Source: Phallusia mammillata
Lineage: Eukaryota
Length of the DNA: 64,000 nt
NCBI GenBank assembly: GCA_965637545.1
Contig: OZ281494.1
Coordinates: 15,500,001 to 15,564,000, forward strand
Reading direction: 5' to 3'
Positions within the stretch are counted from its first letter, which is position 1, and each line of letters begins with the position of its first letter. The notes below the pieces were generated by a model. It was not told the origin of the DNA. It saw only the letters and a list, made by a program, of their open reading frames with translations, and made no database searches. Positions 11,901 to 22,986 of this stretch are shown here, piece after piece. The translations under genes and the position numbers were made by a program.

Positions 11901-12313
11901 TGACACCTGTCAGTGATGATCCAAAGGATGGGTCTGCTTTGAAGCCCATTACTTTGTTAGCTGGTGGAATTGAAGCTACATTGCCACCTGGAGAATTCAT
12001 CAAAGCAGATGGCTACAAGAAATCCTGGCGGGCAGTCCAATGGTTGAGCGACCAGTTTTGGAAGCGCTGGGTGAAGGACTATTTGCCACTTCTGCAAAAA
12101 CGCCAGAAGTGGTTGCAACCTGAGAAGAACTTTGAAGTTGGAGATGTTGTGTTGGTAATGGATGCCAATACAAAACGAGGAGTATGGCCCAAAGGACTGG
12201 TCGAGGAGGTCTTTCCAGATCATGACGGGATGGTGCGGAGAGTTCGAGTCAGAACTTATGACTCAACTTTGATGAGGGACATTCGAAAGCTGTGTTTACT
12301 TGAATGTGGCTAA
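5936..12313 (+). CDS. BEL/Pao Gag-Pol polyprotein (2125 aa)
   Basis: Gag DUF1759-like LPKFYGNP; three Cys/His knuckles (CVVC..H..C, CFNC...H...C, CKSC..HHTLLH); protease FLDEGS; RT YVDD; Pao RNase H FCDAS...WTDS; integrase HHCC plus VDYFGP/SDNGTNF/WERMIRSV. Order PR-RT-RH-IN. Confidence 0.97.
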   Translation: MPGSNSSTSSHEDVDGVLQEKLHSLKSSRSGHLGAVTKAENIVCNLMLDVSNIKEVPAAKEAFDSALTKCLDCCKEYHSVIPDSLYSQKQEAVDKIKSLEEKGDNINSMYQTFLQNAAVELGSTGGHSKSSHHSTGSRLSSKSSSHRSSRTSSRSSHHSHHSKAPSLKSFHSSSSISSRSTTYSMREVRRAQLENKLTESEAQLTLQASADAVNDALMKAEEIKRKAREDEEALKMMLEDEKEENAQRRRAEEEANAMRKRAEEEAIAKRRREEADAEKRAIRRKMEQAAARRKREEERAEAILAKAKMEHRQKSYNAQLKVQRKRHEVDLVVLEAEPVGSCDSRHEYRLDMPPLNQIDDATVGSSACLQQSAHDLAPMDCPMPGEMHTISGFTPLATAKLPQPEYPVAHPAEQLNVSADPYLPVCTQTDIKQETHSPSMGPVSKYKPQPDESFTKDDFHYGKAMVDLVESTKTMLHGFTLPKRGLPKFYGNPMNYHNFMKKFDEMITRHFPDPAVQLQYLVDMCEDKAYDVVHGCCATSPPELGLATARELLRDNFGRMDLVVNAHVKELTKGPPIRTGDNEGLRSLATSMTNALMVFRSLGCESQLDYSQFLVDIFQRLPKHMQNTFVTEASSLYRRNGNVTFSNLTSYLNQKVMDSNNMFADALTTVKERDPKKDKPQKKKEHAVFSAQTTLGSTSCEHVDKPKPPDQTRKKKPQPCVVCNKPHPLWVCDEFQKKKQFDRWTTVKNNNLCFNCFSPDHMANECVCSRKCKSCEKPHHTLLHRDEQRNIEKTSTSTEEKKNAESPKESSTTYVATVTTPPAGRDRVRLKVVPVHVWGRDLNRVVETYAFLDEGSDTTFCTSNLKQRLKLEGKQVSRRLNGISGSKDLQGYEVGLSLQGIQETDSIRIENVLTVDALPTLKNSIPTMEDVKHYSHLRGLDFPKLPDAEVDILIGAGTQEAHSIREVRTGKPRQPTAIHTGLGWTLVGTDASDASEDSCNVNFATIGNNELHDMFQKMYNHDFMDDKCSNDVSLSMEDKRALAMMNSTVQRKGKHYQLALPWKNKNVKLPYNRGTAEKRLLGLKRRLKTDQSLFQKYSEKINDSLKNGHARKVPDGKDPHPGKTWYIPHHCCTGGKFRVVFDCAAKYAGTSLNENLLQGPDLTNNLVGVLLRFRQEKIALMADIKGMFHQVFVDPDDCDALRFLWWPNDDLSKPPEDYQMLVHLFGATSSPSCASFALRKVAEDNESNATKETTDTVLRNFYVDDCLKSVKTLEEGSQLVKELDELLKCGGFHLTKYLSNSKELLMSINEDNLAPSVKDMDLDGLPIERALGVYWNTGTDCFEVKVKLKPKPCTRRGILSTISQLFDPMGFVQPFILPIKKLMQELCKRNIGWDEAIPTEFEVAWKKWLGNLSLLESITIPRCFKTMDYISAELHCFCDASETGYGAVCYLRLVTGGSYHCSFVMGKSRVSPSKAVTIPRLELTAAVVGVKLAQFVIRELDLELEKVVYWTDSTSVLQYIRNTSRRFPTFVANRLAVIQAATEPEQWRHVDTKQNPADIASRGFYPDQVDKAKAWLSGPSFLWKEESCWPEQPAVLQLPEDHEDVEANTIVVEIVQNGLDNLLDRYSSYNALLKATGWLLRFKQYMMCKFSEKLRKPAPKAGLLTAEEMETAVHQVVKLVQHQAFGSMSSDLKEYQSFSHYLESQHSNGLHIRNRALGRLSPMKINGTMRVGGRLQHATLPEDMKHPMILPSRHHVTGLIIHHYHQREGHSGTQHVLAATRERYWILKGQSSVRHYLKDCRKCRFWKAQAGRQLMAPLPVCRVESGQLPFTHAGVDYFGPLMVKIGRSHVKRYGCIFTCMATRAVHLELAGSLDTSSFIQALRRFVLRRGSTTKHIYSDNGTNFIGADRALREGIKAWNQQQIHTELLQKGIEWHFNPPAASHQGGVWERMIRSVRKILQSLTGDKILSEESLNTFLIEVESILNNRPLTPVSDDPKDGSALKPITLLAGGIEATLPPGEFIKADGYKKSWRAVQWLSDQFWKRWVKDYLPLLQKRQKWLQPEKNFEVGDVVLVMDANTKRGVWPKGLVEEVFPDHDGMVRRVRVRTYDSTLMRDIRKLCLLECG

Positions 12314-12912
12314 ATTTCTACTTTCTGTGCATGCTCTTTCATATTTGTAACCTTTTCATTCTTCATTACACCAACATATATGCCTCTTCACATGTCATTC
12401 TTGCTAAGTCTGTACTACCTATATGTCTTTCATCTTGCCTTATAGCCTTATCATGCATGTTAGTGTTGTGTAGTGTGTTCTTCATAAATTGTAAACATTC
12501 CGAATACCTCTTCAACTAAACATTGTAATGTCTGTACTGATAACAACCAAGTATTGTGAAAGTGTTTTGTTTTCTAAGCCTTTCTGTGTTTTTTACCTTG
12601 CCAAAATCTGTCATTGTTTTTTACCTCCTAGAACAATATTTGGTGCAAAATTTGTAGTTTATTGTGAAGCATTTGAAACTGTGCATTTGATACTATTCTT
12701 GTCAGTATGTAACATATTCACTCAGTCATAGTTGTGTCTTTGTTTTGTTTTTAAGCCCAGGATGGAAATGTTTGTGTGGGTACTTTGGTTTGGGTCAGTT
12801 ACCAAATTTGTAATCACAGCTCTCTCTGTGACCAACCTTCCTGTGCCTTGTTCTTTGTCCGTTTTTGTTTTGAAAAATGTTTCCATGCTGTCTGACATTT
12901 TTGGGGCCGGAA

Positions 12913-13607
12913 TGTTACGGACAAATTCACAATATTTAAATGTGATTTTTATGCTTTCTTTCCCAAGTGCAACCATGCTTAACGTCTATTCCCAAGTGCA
13001 TTGTTCTTTGTTAGTTTTGGGCCAATCCTAACTTTTATATGCGGTCATGTGACTAAAACGTGCTTGGACTTAGCCACACCTTGTTCTAAAAGTGCAGTTT
13101 GTATGTTTTAGTGCAGTAATCTGTTAGAATCGACTTAGTTTAAATGTTTGTGTGTTAACCAAATGTCAGCAAGTTTACAAGTATGTTAATGTATAGCCAT
13201 GTGAAGTGTTTCTAGTAACTTTTCGTTTGTTATTGTTGTTTGAATGTTTAGACGATAAAGCCAACACCATAATGTCAAACACCTAGGTACTGTGAACTTC
13301 AGAAATCTCAACTGCTCAAGTGCTTAACTGTCTCAATTTCCTCTATTCTGTATAGTCTTGACATCCACTGTGGCGCAATTCAGCTGTTTTGGATCTTGGA
13401 TACGAACTGTATTTGTTGTCATTCGTGCACTGTTCTTGCACCTTCATCGCCATAATATAACACTGAAAACCACAGTTTGTGCAGTCTAGAGGGCAGTTGT
13501 GAATTACTGACTCATTGTACCTGATGATGGTACCAACGAAGGCATTAGCCTAGGTTTGCCTAAAGTGAGCTTAGGCCGTGACTAGTCCTAAAATTTTGGA
13601 CGTCACA
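12913..13607 (+). repeat. 3' LTR (695 bp)
   Basis: Copy of 5157-5851. Confidence 0.97.
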
Positions 13608-16600
13608 ATGAGTAAACAGGTTCCACTGTATAAGCGTGGCCTTGCGCAGCACGTTTAAAGATTTTACTACCATGTTGTCATATTGATTATTCTGATCTCG
13701 GATACAAAATTACCCAAAACAAACATTAGTACTCAAGTTATTTTGGAAAACATGACTTGGTTTGAGCCTTTACTTTGCCGTGATACAAGTATATCCACTA
13801 AAGACAAGAAATTAAGTATAAGACATAAATTGACTTGAGACCCGAACTGACAGCATAACTTTAGACAAAAAACATCAATCGTATAAACAGAAACAGTTTT
13901 TGTTCAAACTACAGACTTCGACTGAAGGATAAAAGCGCATGCCTCCACGGACGCAAGCGGGAATTTCCTTTGGTCTGAGCATTCTAGTCTTGAGTACGGC
14001 AGATGTAACCCAAACCAGTGCAAGCAGGCGAAAAACAGCTAAACCGCCTATCCACGGCAAATATGAAGTTTTGTTTCCTCGTAAACACAATGTGACCTTT
14101 TCCAGCACGAGACAAATAGGCTTTGTGTCCAAAGTAGTTTTTACGATTTATTTGTCATACTCTTAATACGTCACCCTATCTACCTAACAGCAATCAGCTG
14201 CGAGCCATATTATGGAGCGTTTAAGTATAAGGAACGTTTATTTAGTTCCGAAATCTCTTTCATCTGCCTCATGTGTTGTAAAAACATTAAAAAGTTTAAC
14301 CATTGAGTTTGTCATTTGCTATTGGCATAGTGAGTGCATGGTATTTTAATTGGTGTATGTCGAAACAAAACGTATTTGTGCTGCGCAAAATATGATCTGA
14401 TATACCAAACATATAACGGATCACGGTAAATTAAAAATACCTTAAGGTTATAGGAGCTCGCCTTAACACGATTACGTCTTGCTGGCATGCAGGCAATTTG
14501 CGTAAGTTATTTTGATCGGCGAGAAAGTATTGATAAAAAATCCCAAAGCACAGACCGACAGGAAAAATTACCCTATTTAGGCTTTTTGCCTGGCAGCACA
14601 GAAACAATGGAGTTTCAAAAAAGGTATTGTAACCGTAAACGCAACAAAAGGGGTTAGACTTTATACGGGAAGGCGGCGTTAGCACTGAGCAAGAAACTTA
14701 CCACACGGAAATACAGGAAATGTTGACCTTTAAAATTCATACTAGCGCGATGATACGCCATGGATTTCCCCTTAGAATTAGATAACATTTATACGTCACG
14801 ATGGTCCGCACGTACTTCCGCTTATGTTTTGAAACGAAATTTTGTACGTTTGAACTCAGCGAACTGAGAATAAATTACAACCATAGCGGATTTATTTTAA
14901 TGTTTATCACAAAAACACACAAAACCGAAAAAAGTCCGTGAGTTGTGTATAATTTGATGCGCTCGAGGCTATTTGAGCTGAAAATGCTCTCCGGGTCAAA
15001 CGACAAAGGTCAATGATTTTGTCTTTTAAGCAGTGAAAACAATTTATGCAATCTCTGTGTGCTTTTCTCAAACGGCAAAAGTTTACCAGATCAAAAGATT
15101 GACTTCTAAGGGTATAACCCCTGCAGTTGTACGTGCCACACTTACAATATGGAGCGTTTGTTATGAAATGACAACGTGTTGTTGTGCTGCGTTTGATTTT
15201 GAACATACATCAATTACAAGTATTTGGTATACGCGTTTGTCATGAAATGGCAACGTACCACAATTCTGCTAATTAACTGGTCAAGGTATGGTACTGCATG
15301 GGGAATTTTCTCGTACAAGTGGTGCAATTTTGATTTGTTTACTTTGACGTAAGTACACATTCAGAAAATGGTTTCACCACAGCATGTAATTTAAACATTA
15401 CAATGCGCACACCAACTATTTTAGTTTTTACAGAAATGCCCTATTTGAAGAAACGGTTCTATACTCGATTTACGGCAACGGTTGCTGCAAATAAAAAGCG
15501 TTTTGGACAGTTTGGAGAAAAATGAAAGAAGGGTTTGTGGGTCTGGGTTAGTTGTTCGTTAATGATCCAGAAAACGGCAAATGTGTAATTTTTATTCATT
15601 ATATATAACAGCGAAACCAAAAAAACTCGCCCAATTCCAAATTACAGTAGGTCCTTGCCCCCTAATGAGGAACAAATTACTAATAAAGGTCTCTTCACTA
15701 TATCCAGTGACAGATCATGACTCTTACCACAACAAACAATAAAAGTAAATATATCGTGATGTTAAAAGGGATCTATGTGATGAGCAAATGAGCAACTATA
15801 TGCCAATGAAGTTATACGGTTTCAGTTCTCTTTTCAGCCAGTTTCCGTGCTCCAAGCTTAAACTAAAATATCAGTGTTGCGCCATTCTAGGCATGGAACC
15901 GAAATTTGGGGACCAGAAAACAAAAAATGGATTAACGCACCCACAACGTCATGACGACGCTCTATACGTTACTGCTCAGACCCGTTGACTGATGAAAATG
16001 TATTCGTCAGACAGAAGTCATCAAATCGTTTCAGGCCTTGTCCAAGGATCATCAGTTGAAAACCACTGCGCTAGATAAACTTACAAAACGTGTCATAACG
16101 TACTTTGGACGTCGGAGCAAGTCCGTTTTTATACGCAAATGCCACAAAACCAGCACGACCACGTAAGCTTACAAATAAAGCCAATATAGTATGCGTTTCC
16201 CTGGAAAATATCTTGAAGGTTTGATACAGGAAGACCTGCTTCCGAAATGACTCGAGTCGCACCGAAAATAAACGTAACGCGTACTGCATCGTGTCAGACC
16301 AGATTGTTTTCCCCATCTAAGTTTATCAGGATGTGAATCACATGTTTAGGATAAACTTTCGTTGGAAATGACTGTTATGGTGTTCCGGACAAATGTCCGT
16401 TTGTGCGCTTGGTTGACAAATTTAAATTCACGACAAAATTTAAATTATCAAAAATTGTTGGCATTTAAAATCCCCAAAAACTGTTGTATTTCTGTAAACA
16501 AAAAGCTGTCGTTTAGAACAAACGGCTTCATTTTTAAAATGGCTTTCAGATGCCAATTCTTTAATTAACGTTACTCAATGTAAGTAGGCCTATTAAAAGA

Positions 16601-17483
16601 ATATTTTAACACATGTATTTTTAACAAGCATTTCCCTAATCAAGTTTCCGTACATATTTGAGCAAGCAAAAAAATCTGCAAAAAATTTTGAACGTGTCAC
16701 GGTTTAAAGAGTTTATTGCTCGTGGTGTCACGTGTTACCAAATATGCAGATGTTGTTGTCACGTATCTTGGGCGATCTGCGCAAAAGCCGGCTACACAGA
16801 GTTCGGGGTGGGGCCACGTAAAAGCTGCAGGGAACCCGACTGTTTATCGTTTTATTTGTGCAGATTTGACTGATACATCCCACTCGTATGCAAAGCAGAT
16901 GCATTCGCCCTGCCGAGATGGTCGCGTGTGCTGTCTGGTTTGAAACAAAACAAGTCAAAACGAAAACTGTTAGTAAATTACATCAGCTAAGATAAGATTG
17001 GAGTCGAAATTATAAAAACGTTTGGAAGTTTGTATATGCACCAAAACTTTAGGATTTGACTATTACATCATGAAAACCTTTTTCTTTACATTTTGGTATG
17101 CCTTTAGCACTATGGATTTCGTTGACATAATAAAAATAGGTCTTGAATATATAAAAAAATCCGAAACTTATCACCCACTGAAAAGGGGATTAAGAAATTT
17201 TATCGATATGATGTTATATTTAACGCTGTCATTGAGAATAGAATCGAAATTCATTGAGATGGTTTCGGGCTGAATATAAACATATGCTATACCAGATATT
17301 TTTCAAACTAAAGTTTCCTCTGACGTAAGCCAGCCGTTATTGCCTTGTGTACATATAGCGATGACGCGACTGCCAACAGCGAAAAAACATTTTCTGTGAC
17401 GTCATGGACAAACTGAAGCACCGCTTTGACGTCATGTCTGGGGTAAGGGGGAATACGAGTTAAATAGTGGCTACGGTCTAGCG

Positions 17484-17781
17484 CAGTGTTCTCAACCAGT
17501 GGGCCATGGAAGCATTTTGATTGGGCCACAGATCAACCAAAAAGAAAGCCTTTTTCAAGAATTTACTTTCATTTGTGTCACTACACTCAATTTTCCAAGA
17601 ATAATGGCTTAGGGAGGAATTGAGAAGGAATGTAAATTAATTTGTGATATGTTCTGCAGTTTTTTGTTTTGTTCTGAACCTATTTTATAGTTGTTTTCTT
17701 TCTATCATAAGAATTTACTGGGCCACAGAATTTTTGTGCAATAAAAGTGGGCCACGAAAGAAAAAAGGTTGAGAACCACTG
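17484..17781. mobile_element. hAT-type MITE
   Basis: TIRs cagtgttctcaacc / ggttgagaaccactg; perfect 8-bp TSD gtctagcg. Confidence 0.9.
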
Positions 17782-20700
17782 GTCTAGCGGTTTCAAAAAT
17801 CAACTAGAAAAACAACAACCCAATAAAGCTTTTTACGCACAAACTCCCCGTGTTTGCCGCACATATAGCTCTTTGCAAACAGGTTCTCTTTTTGCTTCCT
17901 TTCTTATGTTCTGTTTTTGTTCGTGAAGCACTGTGTTTAGATTGGATTCAATAAAATCGTATGTTTAAAAGTTGGCTATTTTAGACGTCAACAATGTATT
18001 TATTCCACACATAGTTAATTTATTTTTTATAAACTATAACATAGCATATAAAATCCTTTTACAAAATAACCCGAAAACAAAACCTCAGTACATTTTACAT
18101 GTGGACTCCACGCATATTTAGGTGTGTAGTTTGTTATTAAAAACGTAAGCTATAGCAGGAGGTGCTTGTAAACCTGTGTTTTACTATATGAGTAGAATTT
18201 TAGGCACAGTTAATGACGTACTACATACGAAAACACTTCAAGTGTGTAATTCAAGAGCCTTGATCTAACAAAGAATTCCAGGAACAAAGCACTTTGTTGT
18301 ACTTTCTAACGAAAGAGCTCGAAATTTCATTCTAAAGCACAAGCACTTCGATAAAAGCGAGTGATTCGGGAAAAGAACCAAATATCATTGCAGCGGTTAA
18401 CTTTAAACGTGTGATTGTAAAGTTTTTTCAAACTGGTTTAAAAAATACAAGTTGGACTGGAACCTATTGTTTGTGAATATATTCTCAAACACAACTCAAA
18501 GCAAAATCTTTCATTGGCCATAACCTGGCGTTAGTTTTTCAAATCTACTAAACAGCATATTCAAGGTGGCTTAGGAAATAGCAGAGTCAATTCAACAAGG
18601 TGTGGCAAAATCCGCCAAATCACTTCTTTGTGTATGACGTACAAGGTGTGTCGGGTGAATTTTGAGAATTTTCGACGAGTGTCTTACCACACATGGTTGG
18701 CTATGTCACGCTTTATTATGATATTAAGTTAGGTAGTATTATTTTTAGGATATCTTGTTCTATTGTTAATTAATGTTTCAGCAGTCGAGATCTATTGAAT
18801 ATAGTGTTTGATGTGGCTATAGCTTTACCCCATCCTTTAGCTTTCAAACAAGCTTCGTGATGTAATATTCAGTTAAATAACCAGTGTACGAAAGGGTGAA
18901 CTGAGACAATTCACACCAGATGAAATCCAGGACGCACCATCTCACAAGACTTGAAGATCAACTACGTTATTTTTTCAAAACGTTACCTAAAAGCGTCTCC
19001 GATATCGCCATAAATGTGGTGAGGTTTGAGAGCTTTTTACTCATGGTGTGCCTTTAGCCTCGCCAAGAAAAGCAACATGTTGATTTTAGCAAGGACAGTC
19101 AATAGAGCGATTAGGAAACAAGTGAAATGTAAACGTTGACAGTAATTCCATTAAACATTCGGTATATCCAGGTTTACTCGTTTCACATGGAAGTAGAAAA
19201 CAATCAAATCGTTTGTTGTCGTATGATCGACAGGGTGCTGCGCAGAGTGGCGGATGTTTTTGACAGCCCTCTATTTGTGCTACGAAAGGGATTTTCCACT
19301 GTTTGATCGGCTGGGTGCTCAGGGTGCATGTCGTTTTTCTGTTGATTGCTATGTGCAGTATGGTCGGGAAATAGGCCCACATCAATTGAGACCCGGACTG
19401 TTTTACAAGACAGCAGACACGATTCGGACCTGGGTTTTTGTTCTATTAAATTGAGGTTTGAAATTTCATTTCCTTTGTACAAATATATCTTGCCTACAAA
19501 AATTGTTTTATTGCGTACAGCGAGGAAATCCTTAATTCTATAATAAGGCCTGTCATATTGACTTATTCGATAAATTAACGTTTGGGTATCAACTAAGTGA
19601 TTTTATTAATTGCATTAAAAATTTATATATTACTTAATTTATGGAGATTTCATCATACAATGCGACAGAAGTCCAAATTTATTGGATTTGAAAGAAAGTA
19701 TTCCGAAATTTCCAAAGCCGAATGTTGCAGGGTTGTAAAACAAGCTTTTGAAGGTAACGCGGATTCAAATTAGACACTGTGAAAAAAGATAAGAATCCAA
19801 AACTTTACAATCCAATATTAATATTTTCTTCACGTAGGTAAAGGGGGAACTGTATAATGTTACATGGACGTCAGTTGTCAAACGTACAACCCCGTTTCAA
19901 ATTTCCCACCACATACTTTCCCATCAGACTAGCTGCATTACAACGGATGGTTCGAATTTCCCAAATGTGTTTTCGAAAGGTTCGTGCGGGTGCAACTCAT
20001 CACGTAGACTCTAACGGAATAACCCTTATTCCAACCCGCAAACGATTTCTGTTTCCGACCTCGGGTGCAAAACGGTAAAGAAAAGAACTGTAAACCAAAC
20101 GATGATTCAACTCAATTGTATCAAACCGTTTGTAAAAGCACGCTGTGAAAATACGGTTGGCCAATTCAACACTGTGATTCATACCATCTATTGTTTGCCA
20201 GAAAGGGGGACTTTTGCAAAATTGTGAAAATCATAGTTCAGAAATATTACATTCCACAAATGTCGAAAAAAACCAAAAAATTTTGTAATTTTCGAGGAAA
20301 ACTGTCTAAAAATGTAATTTCGTTTCTTTTACTTTTTTAGCCGAATAAAGTGTTTGGTGCTCCTGTTTTAATACGGACGCTACAATATAACCTTTTTGCA
20401 AGATCAAGTCGTTTTTGCAAGATTTCCAATCGTTTTACCTCAACCAATCCGAACCTGATGTGAACGTGCGATAAACATCCGACCAGCCGCTGACAAACAC
20501 ATACCTCAAGAACAAATCACTATTATACAAACCAGCTTGAATGTAACACGCGTTGTGTCTTGTGCTTGAGGTCAAACTTGACGTGTTTTTGCTCACTTCG
20601 TTTCACTTTATTGCTTAGTCGTGTTTCCTGGTGATTTTAAAACTTTTCGAGTGCCTGAAATTCTTATTCCCGGCCACCTACATACTATATGCACATGTTA

Positions 20701-22665
20701 TACAGTTGACTGGTTTTCCAACTATTTGCAATGGTTCAAATCGCATGACACGAATTGGTCATACCTATACTTGGTTATCTATAAACAGTATTTTTTTCAA
20801 CTTGTGATAGTTCTAAACAGTTGCAAAGCGGTTTGGGCTTCCTTTTTTGAAAAACAAACACCACAGAAATGTTTAAGGTTAAACAAATTTTATGGGGAAA
20901 TGTTAAAAGTTTGTTTTGTGAATAATTAACGGGAGGGGAATTTTACTTCTTGTTTTACGAGCTCCTGGAAATGGCCTGTATGTGTATTTACTCGTTCAAC
21001 CTTGACGTGACACAGGATGGTTTGGGTAAGGTTATCGTAAAACTCTTAAATTCCTAGTAACCAAAATTGCTGACTTGTTTTTACGGTCATCGATGCTAGT
21101 ATAAAGCGACCTAATACATCTTAGCTATCATCTGCTCTGTTCCTACCACATGCTGAGTCCCGCGTTGAACGCAATAAACCAATATGTTTTTGTGTACAAA
21201 TGACAAGATCCGCCTCAAAGGGAGTCTTTGGAAAAGGCTTTGGTCTCTTTTCTGTTAAATTGTTCGGTTGTAATTTGTTTCAAGGCCTCAAGTTTTCTTT
21301 CTGCATAGTAAAAATATAGGGTACCAGACATACAAAAGCCAAACATGTTGTAAGTTGAACCATATAAGCATTTTGTCGTTGGTTCATACTTAAGCTTACA
21401 CCTCATCCAAGTTTAGCAAAGCAGGATGTTAGAATAACCCAAACAGCAAGTGTAGTTTTGTTTTCACGAAATACACAAAGGATTTGGACTCAGTAAGGAA
21501 AACCAACTACACGACAACAGGCGTCATTACTACGGAATTCCCGCACAGTTAACAGCGCGACAAAACAACGTTGAACTTTTGCGCTTACGCTTGAATCGCG
21601 AACCTGAAAGCCTCAGGAGCACAACCAACAGACGTGACATTCGTATGGTGAAAACCCTGTTGAACCGAACGTGGCACAGGAACAAACACGGCTTGTAATT
21701 TTGTCGACCTTGAGGCGTGTGTTGCCCAGGGGATAAGAAAGCACCCTGTCGGGTTTGTCCCGTAGACGTTTTAGCCCTTTAGCGCCGTGACAAAGCAAAA
21801 AAACGAGAGGAACCGACATGAACGCCGTATGGTAATCGGTCGACACCCAACCCAGATGTAAGAAAACAAATATTGTAGTTAATAGGTTTGTACAAGGATA
21901 GGTTTTATGTAGTACATAGGGTGTGTAATCGATGCAACAGGTTGTTTGTTTTCTTGTGCAACTACAACTGTTTCCTGTGTAACATGGTTGTAACAAATAA
22001 ACTGCAACATGTCAAAGCAATTATGCAACAATATCATATGCATGTTTCCATTCAAATTGAAACGGTACATAAAAATTAATCTTCCCGCATTGGTCCTGCC
22101 TGGTAAAGATCTATTAGCAACTATACTTGCCAACTATACGCATAGAATCATCTTCCCTTTTCATGGTCCAAATAAGAGTTTGCAACCACAAACTTTAATC
22201 CAGAAGTTTCTTTAGTTGGACAAAAATAAGCAAGCCTAAAGATAAACTCATCATACACGAGTTTTGAACGGATATTGATTAAGGAAAGTACCTCCGTCAC
22301 GTGAGCAAAATTGTGTAAAAAGTTGGTGCATGGAAACAGATACAAATTTACAGCATGCAGTCACATCATGCGAATCGACACAGAAAGTCGATCTGCGCAC
22401 GCAACAGCCACTCTGATGCCAAGAAATAAGAGTCAGTGTGTTTACGGCGTGACTTGCATGGTTTCCGCAATGACGTTGATGCACAACAGCAAGTGATATC
22501 TGGTGAAAAAGGAAAATGTTGAAGCTAAAAACGAAAGAAACGTGGTATTGGTCATCGCTGTTTCACATGCTTGCTTCATTGGCAAAATCACAACATTTCG
22601 TTTCAAAAGGATTTTGCAGGGGTAAAAAACGATCTACGGTTGGGAAGATATGCATTGCTCTATTT

Positions 22666-22986
22666 CAGTGGTTCTCAAACTGTGGTACGCGTACCACTAG
22701 TGGTACGCCAGGACTTTTCAGGTGGTACGCGAGCAGCTTTCTATCATACCTAATTTAAGTCTGATCTAAAATTGCAACTCAACTGACCCAATTACTCAGT
22801 CCTGGTTTGGGCGAAACTCGTGTCTTGTACAGTCTTTTGAAATTACGAAATATGATAGACTATGTCAGGGCGAGAAAATGGCCCTATTTCTTGGTCTATC
22901 CATTCAAACAGGGTTTAGGAGGTGGTACGCAGCGATAAAGAAATTTGTCAGGTGGTACGCGGTCCGTATAAGATTGAGAATCACTG
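22666..22986 (+). mobile_element. hAT-type MITE, family A
   Basis: TIRs cagtggttctcaa / ttgagaatcactg; perfect 8-bp TSD ctctattt; internal ggtggtacgc repeats. Confidence 0.9.

Larger units (their letters stand above)
5157..13607 (+). mobile_element. Full-length BEL/Pao LTR retrotransposon
   Basis: Direct LTRs 5157-5851 and 12913-13607 (TG...CA). TSD ATGAG at 5152-5156 and 13608-13612. PPT ggggccggaa just before the 3' LTR. Single gag-pol ORF. Confidence 0.98.

Noticed and set aside
12314-12912. Possible env or accessory gene in the retrotransposon
   Set aside because: Only short T-rich ORFs with non-ATG or weak starts; consistent with a 3' UTR.
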